64,000 bases of DNA from Hydrolagus affinis (lineage: Eukaryota): positions 1 through 64,000 of the forward strand of contig JAAILG010001064.1 in NCBI GenBank assembly GCA_012026655.1. The letters are read 5' to 3'. This document shows positions 50,869 to 63,577 of the stretch, piece after piece. The translations under genes were made by a program, and so were the position numbers. Every line of letters starts with the position of its first letter. The stretch's first letter is position 1. A model generated the notes under the pieces. The model did no database searches and had not been told where the DNA came from. It saw only the letters and a list, made by a program, of their open reading frames with translations.

Positions 50869-51524
50869 TACTGTAATTGAATTTTTTTTGAAACATTGCA
50901 CTGGATGTCTTGAGGGGGTGGGGCTGGATGAGGGTGTGATGAGGGGGAAAACATTTTCACTTTTGTTCAAATGAATTCTTCAGTAGGCGTTCCTACTGAA
51001 CGAGAATTCAATCACCCTGACCCAGCACATCATGAAAGACTTTGGCAGGTTTCTGTATTTAACAATGAGGGCCTTGCTTTGAAATAATGCAATGCCAAAT
51101 TTCATTTGGCATAATTCATCACTAATACATACTGTAACACTCTGTTGCCTGCAGTATGTACTTTTACTGATTATTTACTCGTCTTTAAAAGGTCACTTAA
51201 AGGAAAGGTGCATTTGAACAGCACAAGAGATATTATACAAAATCATTATTATTTCACTTTTACAAAGAATTATGGTTGTGGGGTTGGGGAGCATGGGATT
51301 CCACCTGTGCTCTGGAAATAGGGAATATTTTAAAATAATATGAAAGATCAAGACTTTTTTTATTTTAATTATTTTGCTACTATTCTAATGCATTGCACCG
51401 CTGGCTGAGGTCAACAAGAAAATTGTGCACATTCAGCAAAGAGGCATTTGAATGGAAAACACATATTGATTTTAAAGTGAATGTCAAGGCACATTGAACA
51501 AACTTCCTTTTTTAAACTAACCAC

Positions 51525-51918
51525 TAGGGTCCGTCGATATGGAAATTTTCCGATATCGATATATCGGTGGGCTCATATCGATATATACCGATATATCGAT
51601 ATCGCCGGATCTTTCTATACTGCGCATGCGCGCGCATTCGGAGGTGCGCGCGCATTCCGATATGCGCGCACATTCTGTGCTCTAGGCCCAGTAGGTTTGT
51701 AATGCCGGTGACAAGGTAAGTTGAAAAAGTTTGCTTTATACAGATATAACCGATATATCGATATATCGCCAGACACGATATATCGATATTTGCTATATAC
51801 CGATTTTTTTTATACCGAATTTTTTGATATACCGATATATTTGAATTTCCAATATCGGCATATCGATATGAAAAATTATAGCGATATAATCGATATATTG
51901 ATATATCGCCGGACACTA
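51525..51918. mobile_element. Non-autonomous hAT(Ac-like) DNA transposon / MITE, 394 bp
   Basis: TIRs TAGGGTCCGTCGATAT and (rc) TAGTGTCCGGCGATAT match 14/16. The 8-bp TSD is CTAACCAC/CTAACCTC (7/8). Both arms carry dense CGATAT/ATATCG subterminal repeats. Confidence 0.9.
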
Positions 51919-52319
51919 CTAACCTCACAACTTCTTAATGAATGCTATTGTGTTAGTTTATACAATTTCAACAAGAACTCACAGCTGCATTGTACATATG
52001 TGTTAACTTCTGTAATACTGCACCCTGCATTAATAAAGCTCAATGCATACGAATGAACAGAATTCAAGCTTTAAAGAAAGTCTTGATCATAAAGAATCTT
52101 TTTTTTTACAGTATAAGGTTACAAATGTTTGGCAAATGTATGCACATTTCTACTGGCCTGGGTGCTTAGCCACAGTGCTGTATTAGTGGGCTCTCCTGCA
52201 TATCCACAATTTACATTGATAGGGTGCCCTTTGTGTAGATTAATGTCTCAGAGAGCTTTCAAAGACTGGAGCAGATGCCGTGTAGCAAGAGGGTTGGGGG
52301 ACGGTGGCCAGTCAAAGAG

Positions 52320-52682
52320 GTAATAATAATAATAATCCTTGCATTTGATATACCGTTTTTCACATCTTCTAGATGTTTTAAAGCGCTTCACAGAATATAC
52401 TGTAAAGTGAATTGGCTGTATATTCGTGGGCGAAACTTGACAGCCAATTGTGCATAGCTGTGTCCCACAAACAGTCGTGGATTGAAGTGACCAATTTATT
52501 ATTGGGATTTTTTTTCTTGAGGGATTTTTATTGCCGGAAAAGCAATCTGCCATTTGACTATGGCTATATTCCTATTTACTGCTAGGTAAACAGAGGCGTG
52601 TGGAGTAAGAAAACTTGCCCAACATTTCACCCTCCAGGAATCGAACCCAGGTCATCTCGTTTGCAAGGTGAGTGCTGCTACA
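52320..52682 (-). mobile_element. Full-length tRNA-Deu-L2 SINE (long variant)
   Basis: Has the (AAT)n tail, Deu core, internal AAAAGCAATCTGCCATTTGACT segment shared with 63578-63955, and B box GGAATCGAACCC. Confidence 0.88.
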
Positions 52683-53152
52683 GTAGGTAGATAGCTCCAT
52701 TAGTAGCTTTTAAGGTGGGATTTAATGACAGAGTGGTTGAGATGGAAGGGTGGTGGGAGGGATTTTTGAGGGAACATAGACTCTGAAGGTTCAACCATTG
52801 ATAGGAGGTAACAAACCCAAATTATCCTGGGGAGAGAATATCAGAGTTGGGAAGGTGCTAGGCCCCAGTGATTTATAGATGAGGGTGACGATCTTAAAAT
52901 TGATCTGCAGAGGACATGTGGAGCGTGGCGAGAACTGGACTAATGTGAGTGCAGAGATTTGTGCCATCTGAAAACATCTAGTGAACTCAATGTATATCTA
53001 TTAAAACAAGCCCCAGCTGATAGATAATCAATATGTCCAACACTAGCATTTTCAGCAAAACTAGGTTAGTCAATAATACGCTATCTGAATGTCACAATCT
53101 TGCATAAAACCTCAGAAAAGCATCAAGTTCTATTACATGAAGGAGAACAAGA

Positions 53153-53265
53153 TTATAATAATCCCTTGCATTTTTGATATAGCGCTTTCCACATCTTATC
53201 AACGTCTCAAAGCGCTTCACAGAATATACTGTAAGGTGAATTGACTGTATATATTTGTGGGCGAA
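53153..53265 (-). mobile_element. SINE tail fragment
   Basis: CCTTGCATTTTTGATATAGCGCTTTCCACATC...GCGCTTCACAGAATATACTG. Confidence 0.8.
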
Positions 53266-54379
53266 TTATATACAGATTATAAAAATTGTCTCATAATCAC
53301 AGGACACAGGAATTTTCAGATCATTTTTTTTGCATGATAAAATTTTAAGCGGTTTGACTTCTTTTATGCTCTTGGATTAGGTGAATCTGTTTTGGCCAGA
53401 CAACCCAATAAAATTCAACACCACCACATCACAGGTGCGATCAAATTAAAATCTTCTCACTTTACTACCAGAATTAACTAATTATACCATTATATTACTA
53501 CAAAAGGACAGCCAAACCTGATAAGTGTTAAACTGCGTGCTTTACTGTCTCTAAATTTTATGTTACTAAAATGTACAGCACTTCCTTTACTGTGCTGAGA
53601 ATGTGCGTACTGTGCACGAGTGCAATTGGTTTGTGTGGCTCACAATTTTTGTCATTGGGAATTTGTATCTGATAACTGGAGTGCTCACATTATCACTGAG
53701 TCCCTGCTATGTTAAGTAAAATTATTCAAAGAAATGTTTGTCTCATGGTCTATTGGGAATAACTGATCCAAGGGAAAAATGTGTGGACATGCATATCATT
53801 GCATTCATTATAGATTGTATTGTTCTTCCAGCCAAGTATCTTTTCAATTACTTTGATGTCAGTTACTGTGTACACAGGTGCTTGTGGCTTGAGTTTAGTC
53901 TGAACAAACATTCAGTCTTGTACTGTAACACTTTTACTAATCAATATGCCACAACTGCATCAAGTCCGACACAATCAGAGCAGTTATTTCAGATTCTGAT
54001 GCAGTGTGAGCATGTTACGATATCTTGCAATCACTAGTTTCAAAGTCACTGAGTATTTTCTTTCCATCCAACCAATGCTTTACTTGATGCTAATAGTATT
54101 AGCAAATTTATTAGATTTCATGAACTGGTCTTCTCTTATTCAATCACTTTAGCACAAATTGTCTTTCGAACATATTAGTCTCTTAATGAAACGTTGCCTC
54201 GTGGCAACTGCAGTGTGCTCGTCTGCTGTTTTAGCATTCATTAGGCAACATGTGTGTAATAGCATTTCCTGCGGTAGATATTAAAATGTGCCATTACTTG
54301 GGGCAGGGGTTGCCCTCAGAGGCGAGACATCTAATTGAATATTTGTGTTCTAATATTTTTCTATTCCCTCCTTTTCTCC

Positions 54380-54484
54380 ATGTTTCGCCCACATATATAC
54401 ACTTTACAGTATATTCTGTGAAACGCTTTCAGATGTCTAGAAGACTTAAAAAGCGCTGTATTAAAATGCAAGGGTTATTATTAT
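54380..54484 (+). mobile_element. SINE tail fragment
   Basis: CACTTTACAGTATATTCTGTGAAACGCTTT...AAATGCAAGGG(TTA)n. Confidence 0.8.
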
Positions 54485-56319
54485 GAGCATTTCTTGTTCC
54501 ATAATTAGTTTCTCCATCATTATTTGCCTTCACTTATCTGCTTAATCTATAGGAGCTCCAAGTGTCTTCGGGTTAATGATGTAATATGTAGATCTCTACA
54601 AGAGTTTCACTAGGATTATGAGAAAACTGCCCTTCTTCCTCTTCTTAAACAATTGATCTCAGATTAAAGATCAGATTCAATCTGAATTGTTTCTGTACAT
54701 TGTTCAAAAAAGGAAACCTCTACTCTCCTCTACCTACTTTATATTAGTTGGACTCTTGGAAATGTTTAAACTGGCTTGACCGGTATAGAACTTCATCAAT
54801 GTTCTAAGATAAGCCATTCTCTCTTGAATTCAGCTTTGCTCTGGAGTTTCCCGGCCGCTAGTTTTCAGTTGCATACATAATTAGATTTCTTTCTGTTCCC
54901 CTGTGGCTGTAACCATAGCAACATAATTAGCATTTTAATGGAAAATTGTATTTGACATCCACACATATGATCAAATACTGTAGTTCCAGGGGTACCCTGT
55001 TTATGTCTCATGTATACATACAATCCTTTCAGTGTTCAATGATGGTTTGAGGAAGTGCAGCCTCTCATGTTTCTTAAAGGCTCATTGTTAATTCAACAAA
55101 TAATTCACACTGAAAAGGCTACCCGCTTACCATGACTCTCACATATTTTGACAGTTCTGAAGCTCGCTTAATTTACTTTCTGCCATTTCCAAGTATGTCA
55201 TTGCAGCCTCATGCCTATTCATTCAAAACCGCCAAATAAATATATTCTGGGCAACAACCATTCAAGTATAAATCTAATTAGCATTAGGTCCCCCGAGTAT
55301 CGAATTTTCTTTGTATCTTGGAGCGACCACAATTTTTTTTGAGAGATTGTGATTTCTATGAATTTATGAATAAGTAGTAAAGGTGCACTTTTCAAATGTA
55401 ATGTTACACTTTTCACTCCAATTGAAGGAAAATAAGCATAACATCCTGGTTATATATTATAAGTAAGTATTATTCCCACTGTGTGTGTGGAGGGGTGGGG
55501 TGGGTGGGGGGGTTCCTCAGAACAGACTTTCCCTGACAACATACATCATATTGTCATGGTTTCAGGTTGCCTGCACCTGCTCCTATTTGTCACTTCAGAC
55601 ACAAGAATGTCAGAGTTTAAAAGGATCATGTTACTCTTCCATTTTTTTTCACAAATAATGTTCTGACTTTAAAACAAGTGAACATTTAAAAGCCCCAGTA
55701 TTTCTCTTGATGTGAAAATAAGAACAAACTATTTATTTTAAATACAGTATTCTATGTATAGCGACAAGTTATCTGCCTTTTGTAAATGTTTGTGTGAAAT
55801 AGAATTATGTCAATGTATGAGAAAAGTGATCAAAGAATGGTTGTAATGAGTCTTTAATGCTTTTGTAACACTGCAACATGAAAGCAATTCATTCGCATCC
55901 AACGAGTAAAACTGAGTGAATGTTAAATGTTCAAAGTCAATTTTCCAATGACCAGCTGGGATTGAAGCCTCCAAGTACAGTATATTGTAAGAAGGCTTCA
56001 GACATTGAACTACGTGACTGATAGTGTCCACACATGCTATGCTACTCAGGAGTATGCTACCGGCAACAGGTATAAAAGAACACCTTGACTCACAGTTAAA
56101 GCACACTTTTTAGGCACTAGGATATGTAAATTAGGGAGAGCTAAGGTTCCAAAATAATGAGCTGCAAAGCTTTACTCAGCTAGAAAACAATCATTTAGAA
56201 AGCAGGGTAACAAGTGTAAGACCAGCGGGCTAATTGGTACGAGTAGGCGTTAGTGTGCTTTAGTAAGGATCTTTCATTAATTAAATTACTGTTTCTTAAT
56301 TACCACTGGAAACTATAAA

Positions 56320-57011
56320 TGTTGGGAGATGAAGGGTTAAAACCAGAGTTATAAGACCAGATAGATTAAGTCATCAGTTATATGGGTATAAGATTAGCAA
56401 ACACAGTTATGTTACAATCAGGAGAAAAAGGGAACATAATGTTGCAGGCTGAGAGATTTGATAAAAGGAACAATGACACCCAATCTAAAACCACAAAGAA
56501 ACACAATCACATTGGTCAACAGGTTCTATTCTTGGGATGAGACATGTGCGTTTTGCAATATTTTCACAATGATAAGTAACTGTAAAAGCAGATAAAACTA
56601 AAGGTATGTGTGCCACATGCTTTTACAACAACCGCCAGAATAGACCGAAGAATGCCCATACATATAAATATAATCGACATACTCTGATAAGTACGCTTCA
56701 AGAAGCGCTTTGAGAACCAAACGCTGATAACATGAATAGGCGCTTCGCTCTGACCAACCTGGACAAAATCTCTGATTCCCTGTGTTGTGTAAACCAGGTA
56801 ATACTTTTCTACGCTAGTGTTAGAGTGGGATTAATCTAATGTTTTATATTAATGTTATATTGTCTATTTTAATGGGTCTTGTTCTTGTACTAAATAAATT
56901 GATAATTTCTGTGCTATACACATAATCTTTGTAATCAATAAAACTCTACTATGCCATATTGGGTTTGTCGAGTACTTACCATTCGAACCCAGGGGTTACA
57001 AAATCCCAACG
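56320..57011 (+). mobile_element. Solo LTR (ERV or Gypsy type), 692 bp
   Basis: Begins TGTTGGGA and ends TCCCAACG (inverted termini, CA mutated to CG). A 4-bp TSD TAAA lies at 56316-56319 and 57012-57015. Internal TATAAA (56663) is followed by AATAAA (56893, 56937). Confidence 0.75.
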
Positions 57012-57159
57012 TAAAGAAAGGTAAAATTGGTGCACATTTGGTGGTAAAGGATATTATCTCAACTCTGCTACTTGAATCAAGCTCAATGTCCCATCAGAAA
57101 TTGATCAGAGTCAGTGGGAGGGTAGTGAGCAGTGCAGGATGTATGTATGTACAACTCTT

Positions 57160-57377
57160 CCTCTGCTCCTCCATCAGCGGCCCTGCCTCCAGCCATTATC
57201 CTCCGTAGAACTCCCTCCCTCAACCCCTTGCCTCGGCCCTCCTACTCCATCTTCAGATCGCGCCTGTAGAACTTCCTCTTTGGTCATCTTCCCCGTGGCT
57301 TGGGCTCCACCATTATTAAGAGCTCTGACATACTGCCCAGCTTGGAGTGTACTATATAAATGCAAGTTGCTGTTGTT
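57160..57377 (+). mobile_element. Degenerate L2 3' fragment
   Basis: C-rich segment ending in ACTATATAAATGCAAGTTGCTGTTG. Confidence 0.55.
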
Positions 57378-60300
57378 CCTCTGTCATCGTAGAGTGCTGA
57401 GAACGAGCAACATGTGCCTGTTTGTAACTACAGTATAATGTTATCAAGGGGTAAACCAGTAGGTCTTTTTTAAAGGTAACACTGGAATAAATTGCCAAAG
57501 GGAAAGAATAATGTGCCAAATTCGGTTAAAATCCTGTAAAATTTCAGAAAAATATGCTTCTTGTCAGAGGGCATTTCCCATAAATCAATCCACTGCAACT
57601 TATGAAAAGCTCTTCTATAGGGGTCAGTTTCCCTGCCTTTCCATTTGAAACAGATATTACATTTGGTCACCACATCCAACTCTGTAATTTCATTCATTAC
57701 ACTGTAACTGGAGATCAGAACATCTGGTGTGAACAAATAAGGTTGTACTGTATATAATTTGTAAACCAATACAGTACTGTAGCAAGGAATAGTTATTTGA
57801 TTCTTGTAATATAATATACCGAAAAATACAAATGTTGATTAACCAAAACATTTGACTCACTTGTATAGTGTTGAATTATTTAGAAACTTGGTCCTGTCAG
57901 ATGAGTGTCTGAACTACAATATTTATTCAACTATCTGTTAGATACTGGTTGCATCCCTTGATTACAAAATCAATATCTTTATGGTTTGGACATCAAGGTG
58001 CTTAAAATAGAAATTTGTGAAAAGCAGAATCTTATATAAAGAATGAATCAGGGATTGCACCATCATGGAACAAATGATTTGATATGATAGTTGTACAGCA
58101 ACAACTTTATGTTCTGTGGAAATGATGTTTAAAAACTTATTTACTAAGTACTAAAAAGCTGAATGTGAAAACTAGGATTCTCTGAGATTTGAGATTCCTA
58201 CTTTTCTCTGGAATTTCTGGACAATCTAAAATTCCTTTCCTCTCCTCCCCTCAAAGTCTCAACAAATGAAAACAAAGCGAAATGTTTAGGGACACTCATT
58301 TTATTTAAGATTACAGTTTGTTTCTCTGGAACTCATCCAGTAATGTTTTTTTTGTTTCAGTTTACTCTCCCATGATATTAGAATCTGCAGAAATATTATT
58401 TTTATGTAATCTTATTATTTTTGAAAGCAGCTGGAATGAAAATCATCTACAGGGTGAAATGGTATTTGAAAATTCAATTCTTCACAATCATACAATGGTA
58501 TTCACCTGACTTTGAGCAAACAAGGGCATCTTTATAATCTGAACAATCATCCTGGGAGAAGCTCCCCAATGTTGATTTAACTTTTGACCTTAAAGACTTA
58601 TTCGTGCAGCTGGTTCTAAGGTAAACAACCATCCAAAGCTAATATTAGGAACAGTTGCGGTTCGTTCCACTATGTTTTAAGAGAACCGATGATAAGGGAA
58701 TATCCAAAATCCCTAAAAATGTACATTAGTGATGATCCTTGCATTTGATATAGCCTAGAACCACTACTTCTGTAACTTGGGTACAACTTTGTGGTAGTGA
58801 ATAATTTTGGTTTGGAATCAATCCATATTTCACAATTTGTAATGAAAGTGACTAAATGACCCAAATCTCCCTGTGTAAAAAGATACGTGGAATTCTCAAT
58901 TTGGTTTGGATTCTCTTTAGCACGGTGATGGATTTCTACACTTGTCAAGACCCGCACCCACCACCAACCCACCAAACACAACTTGTTTGATGTGTCTTCG
59001 AGATCAAGTTAGATGGGGGGGAGGGGGTGAAGCGAGGGATTTTACTGCCATTGTAAATCTTTCAGGAGCTACCACACGCACCAACATAGAGACAATTCGC
59101 CACTTTGCTTTCTTAGCTGCAGAATTGCACACGACAGCACACAGTTACAGTCCATGAAATTTAAGGAAAATCATATTAAATAACCCTCAAAAAGTCAAAG
59201 TCAAAAATTCTAAAGTGACACTATCTTTAATTGTGTTTGGATATAAATAATCACCCCCCCCTCCCCAAACACTGGTGACTTTAAGTAACGAGGCTCTGTG
59301 ATGTTCTAGGTGCCAAGAAAACAATTATTCTGTTCCATGTAACAAATTTATTGCTGCAGACAAACTATTCGGCTCCAGCCGTTAATTATTTTTTTTCACT
59401 TCCTAATACATACACTTTAAAATTCTAAATAATAGACTGTTAAATAATGTAAATTCACATTTATTTAGCTTTTTCCACTTCGGGAGGATGTTGATATGCT
59501 CAATGATATGAATCTAACATCGATTATTACATTTTTAAGTGTCAGTAAATGCACAGGGACAAATTTGTGACAAGTAAACAACTAGCTTACTGTGTGGAAC
59601 AGAGGAAATTCCCATCTTTCTGCATTTAATTTGTAAGAAACTGATCCTTCAAAACTAACCCCCCATAATTGCCTTCTATGATATTGCTTGCTTAGTTATT
59701 ATAAATAAGAACTTCTATTAAACAAAAGCTTTTGGTTTTGTTCGTGTTCAGCAACTGTCTCCAAAGGAATAAAACGGCAAAATTATATTTTATTTGACTC
59801 CCGGGGTCCACAGTGTTAAATTGCATCAGTTCACAATGGCTAAGGATTTAGTAAATATAAATTCCTTGATGGAATTGCTACTTGATTCACCTTTTTACCC
59901 TTTTCTAAATACTGGATTGTATAAAAGTTAATGTTTCCCTTCACTCTGAAATTGAAGTTAATAATGCAGCAACTTCAAAGTCATTTGATTTCTCTCCCAC
60001 CCAGTACAGCAATGATAAAATAAACAAGTGTTTAAACAGACACAAGGGAAACTAAATTACAGCACACACAATCTCATCTTTTTACAATTTTTTTTTACTA
60101 AATCTTGGCAACATCTCTTGCAATGATCTTGCCAAGCTATATACAAACGAAACAGTAAACTTAAAGTCACCGATAGCTACAAATGCCTTGGTATCTGTAT
60201 TCTAAGACTTACTGTTTTTAACGATTGTTTCCTTTTGCTTTTTTAAAAGAACAATTTGGTATTAACATACAGTTAGTAGCTTTAGTGCTTTCAAATAACA

Positions 60301-60820
60301 CTACCAAACTTTACAGCTCTGGAAAATGATGCAGTATCCATCCTAAACACACTTGTTATGTATTGGACATTATATTAAAGTGTGAAAGAAAGCTCACATT
60401 ACAGCAAAACAATAGTTATGACACATTGGTATGTTAAATATGTGTATATAAGTGTATATTAAATTATTATGCTATAGTGTTACACTACCCTTAGGTGGAT
60501 AAACTCTAGTTCCTCTTCCCCTTTTCAAAAACAAACCTATTTGTGGCAATTTAACACAACTGCAAACATCAGGCTTTATCGCCCAACGTTGGAAAAAAAA
60601 ATAGCAGTTGCCTGAACATCATACTATTCCCCCCAAAAAAAACCTAACTCATTTTACTCAGGCCACATCAGAGTCATTATTCACCCAGACACAGTCCAGT
60701 CTGCCTCGGTCACTCACATAAATCCCTTTCTCTCTCTCTCTCTCTCACACACACACATACACATGAAATCTCTCCACACACTCAGGTAAAGCTGCTCCCT
60801 TCATTATGAGTTTCACTTAC

Positions 60821-60920
60821 TGCAGTGTCTCGGCTGTGGAGTCTGCAATGATGGCAGTACCGTCCAGCCCCACATGGTGCTGTCAACTGAAAGGCTTCAT
60901 TCATTCAGCACATTTCACCT
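60821..60920 (-). other. CTXND1: Probable upstream exon of CTXND1 (5' boundary unknown)
   Basis: Consensus donor GCA|GTAAGTG on the minus strand at 60820, in a GC-richer non-repetitive block about 14 kb upstream of the coding exon. Confidence 0.45.
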
Positions 60921-61869
60921 CCCCTTGTTCCTGCAGCTCTCAGGGCAACTGCAGTCTCAACACTGGAGCTTTGGCTGCAGTTTCTGTTCGACCTATCCAT
61001 GGCCTTTCTTGTCTGCTAGGCAAACACCACTGTGTCCCACCCCCCACCACCTAATGAAATAACGAGGAGCTTGTGCTTTGGGATCAGATACAGTACCAGC
61101 TTTATTAACTACTGCTTGCTGCACCAAGCACATGATAAAACCGATACAAAGGGCACTTCCTAAGAATTCCATTAGCAAAGTGTGGGTTGAAAATACACAT
61201 TTAAAAGTCGTTCTGTTTGGGAAATTTTCAATTCAGTGACTTAACTTCTGAAAACTTTTTTGTTAATCAAAAAATATGCAGGATTGCTGATCCAAAAGAT
61301 TTGAATCGCACCTGATGCTTAGAACACCCCCTCCCCCCCCCCCCCCGGTGTCTCTGATTGGAGAAGTATATTAAAAAAGAGGGGGTCACCTGGCTCCAGG
61401 AAAGCTAATAACGAGTGAGAAACTGGGCGCTGACACTTGGCAGCTGTCCAGTGTCACAGACAGTCCCTCGAGTCTTTGTTTCTGATTTAAATGGAAGCCT
61501 GGAGTGACTAATGTAGTTTCCATTGCCAAAGACAAATATTCCCAGTGATGGGCACTTAACGGCTACACGCGTTACAACCCCATCTGTCGCTGCCCTTTGC
61601 ACGGGAATGATTTTTCTTGTGAGTTTGAGACTCACTCCCATCGCTTCTTGACATTCGAGTCAGTGGTGATCATCGCCCAGGTAATTGGGGATGTCAGTGG
61701 AAGCTGGAGAGGTCCTCAAAGCTACCGCCTGCTCCCCACCCACCGATGGAAAGAACCAGGCAATTGTTAGGCGCAAAGGTGAATACTGTACCTTCACTGA
61801 ATATATTTTGGGGTTTCTGCTCCACTCTGCGACTTGTTTGAGAGAGGGAGATACACAGTCAGAGATAGG

Positions 61870-62025
61870 GCAGATAGACACACATACACTCACTCACAGA
61901 CACTCAAACTCATAGAGAGAGACGCGCACGCTCATACACAGAGGCATACACACACAGAGAGACACATACTAATTTATACAGAGACACATACAGAGGAGAG
62001 ACACACTCATGTAGACACGCACTTA
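61870..62025. repeat. Degenerate (CA)n/(GA)n low-complexity tract
   Basis: Interleaved ACACAC/GAGAGA runs. Similar microsatellites lie at 11549-11580, 23813-23828 and 60728-60762. Confidence 0.8.
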
Positions 62026-62228
62026 CATGGAAAGTGTAATAATCTGTTGGATAAAAAGGAGGCGGTGGATGGGAGATGATATCCCTCCCCGGACTAAGGT
62101 AAATGACAAAGATAGAATTTGTAGTTAGAATGTAACCTGAGACCAGAAATATGTCTGGATTTCTCAGCAATTTGCTGGATAAACTCTGGGAGAGGATTTC
62201 TAAATGTAGATATTATTAAGTTGCGAAT

Positions 62229-62735
62229 AAGAACAACAAAATTACACTTGTATAGCACCTTTCACATCAGGAGGATGTCCCAAGGCGCTGGACAGTCATT
62301 GTTTCAGACCAGAACTGGGGTTGGGGACAGGGAGGTGAAGGGAAAGGAGGGATTTTGGGTGGTCAATGGGACCGTTGAAGAGGAAGGTCTTGATGGGGGG
62401 ACTTGAAGGAAGCTTGGGAGGGGAAGAGGCAGAGGGACTGCGGGATGGAGTTCCAGAGGTTGCGGGCAGAGTGGCTGAAGGCTCACCCGCCAATGGTGGG
62501 GCAGGTGGGTTGGGGGACGTGGAGCAGGCCAGAGCCTGATGAGCAGAGGGGGCAGGCAGGTTGGAAGGGGGTTAGGAGGTCGCAGAGGTAGGGTGGGGCG
62601 AGGCCATGGAGGGCTTTGAATGTGAGGACCAGGATCTTGAGTTGAATCCTCTGGGTGATGGGGTGCCAGTGGAGTCAGCCAAGGATGGGCGAGATGGGGT
62701 CACAAAGCTTGGAACGGTAGAGGACACGGGCCAGA
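62229..62735 (-). mobile_element. L2 LINE 3' fragment
   Basis: Reverse-strand counterpart of 36560-37135: L2 tail, GGAAGGTCTTGA, GGAGTTCCAGAG and GCCATGGAGGGCTTTGAATGTGAGGACC. Confidence 0.85.
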
Positions 62736-63216
62736 GTTCCACAGAATAACTAATACTCTGAGTTATATTCTCCACTTTTCCCAATACAATAGTATCCTAT
62801 CTCTCATCAATTGCACATGGGAAGACAGATCACAACCATTTTCTGTGCTGGCATATCTCTCCTCAAGTTGGCTGGAGCATGCACCAAGGTCGTACAACTC
62901 AATTCTCATCCCCTCAGAACTTATCCTTTCTACAAATTCCTGCAAAAAATTACAGAATGAGAGGAGATCATTCGATCCATTGATTGTGCCAACTCCTCTA
63001 CTGAAGAAAAATATTGTAATATTATGCCAATTCCCTTCTCTTTCCTCAAACCAGCCAAGCACAGTCTCAATTAACGTCTACCATTTGATTTATCTTGTCC
63101 CTCACTGGTTTCAGCCTTGATAGCAAATTGGGCTATAATCCTTAGCTCTTCACCAATGATCAATAAATAAATCTCTCTTCCAGTCACACAGTGATTTACC
63201 CTGCTGTAGTGTTATA

Positions 63217-63322
63217 GCCCACAAATATGCAGTCAAGTCACTTTACAGTATATTCTGTGAAGCACTTTGAGGCATCTAGAAGACGTGAAAAGCGCTTTAT
63301 CAAATGCAAGGATTATTGTTAT
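63217..63322 (+). mobile_element. SINE tail fragment
   Basis: CACTTTACAGTATATTCTGTGAAGCACTTTGAGGCATCTAGAAGACGTGAAAAGCGCTTTATCAAATGCAAGGATTATT. Confidence 0.85.
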
Positions 63323-63577
63323 AATAACTGCCCAACTTTGACTGGATACTAAGAAAACAGAATGTTGCAGTGTGTTGATTAACAAACAGCAGCTAATAAA
63401 TGGGAGAATTGTGCTGGTTACAATTATTGTACTCTAAACAGCACATTGTTTTTTTTCCACAGAAATGTAGTTTCTATCACTCAAAAAGATACAGTTTAAA
63501 TACAATATTTATCCAGAAGTAGTAATAAAACCAACCTGTCTGCCCAAAACAATCTCTATGTTCTTAATCTTCCAACC

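Noticed and set aside
51481-52056. ORFs rich in I/D/Y/R and a short-repeat array that superficially resembles CRISPR or iterons
   Set aside because: These are translation artefacts of the CGATAT repeats of a TIR/TSD-bounded MITE. There is no repeat-spacer periodicity and the context is eukaryotic.
60104-60136. Small hairpin CTTGGCAACATC...GATCTTGCCAAG
   Set aside because: A 12-bp stem with one mismatch is plausible by chance in 64 kb and too short for a pre-miRNA.
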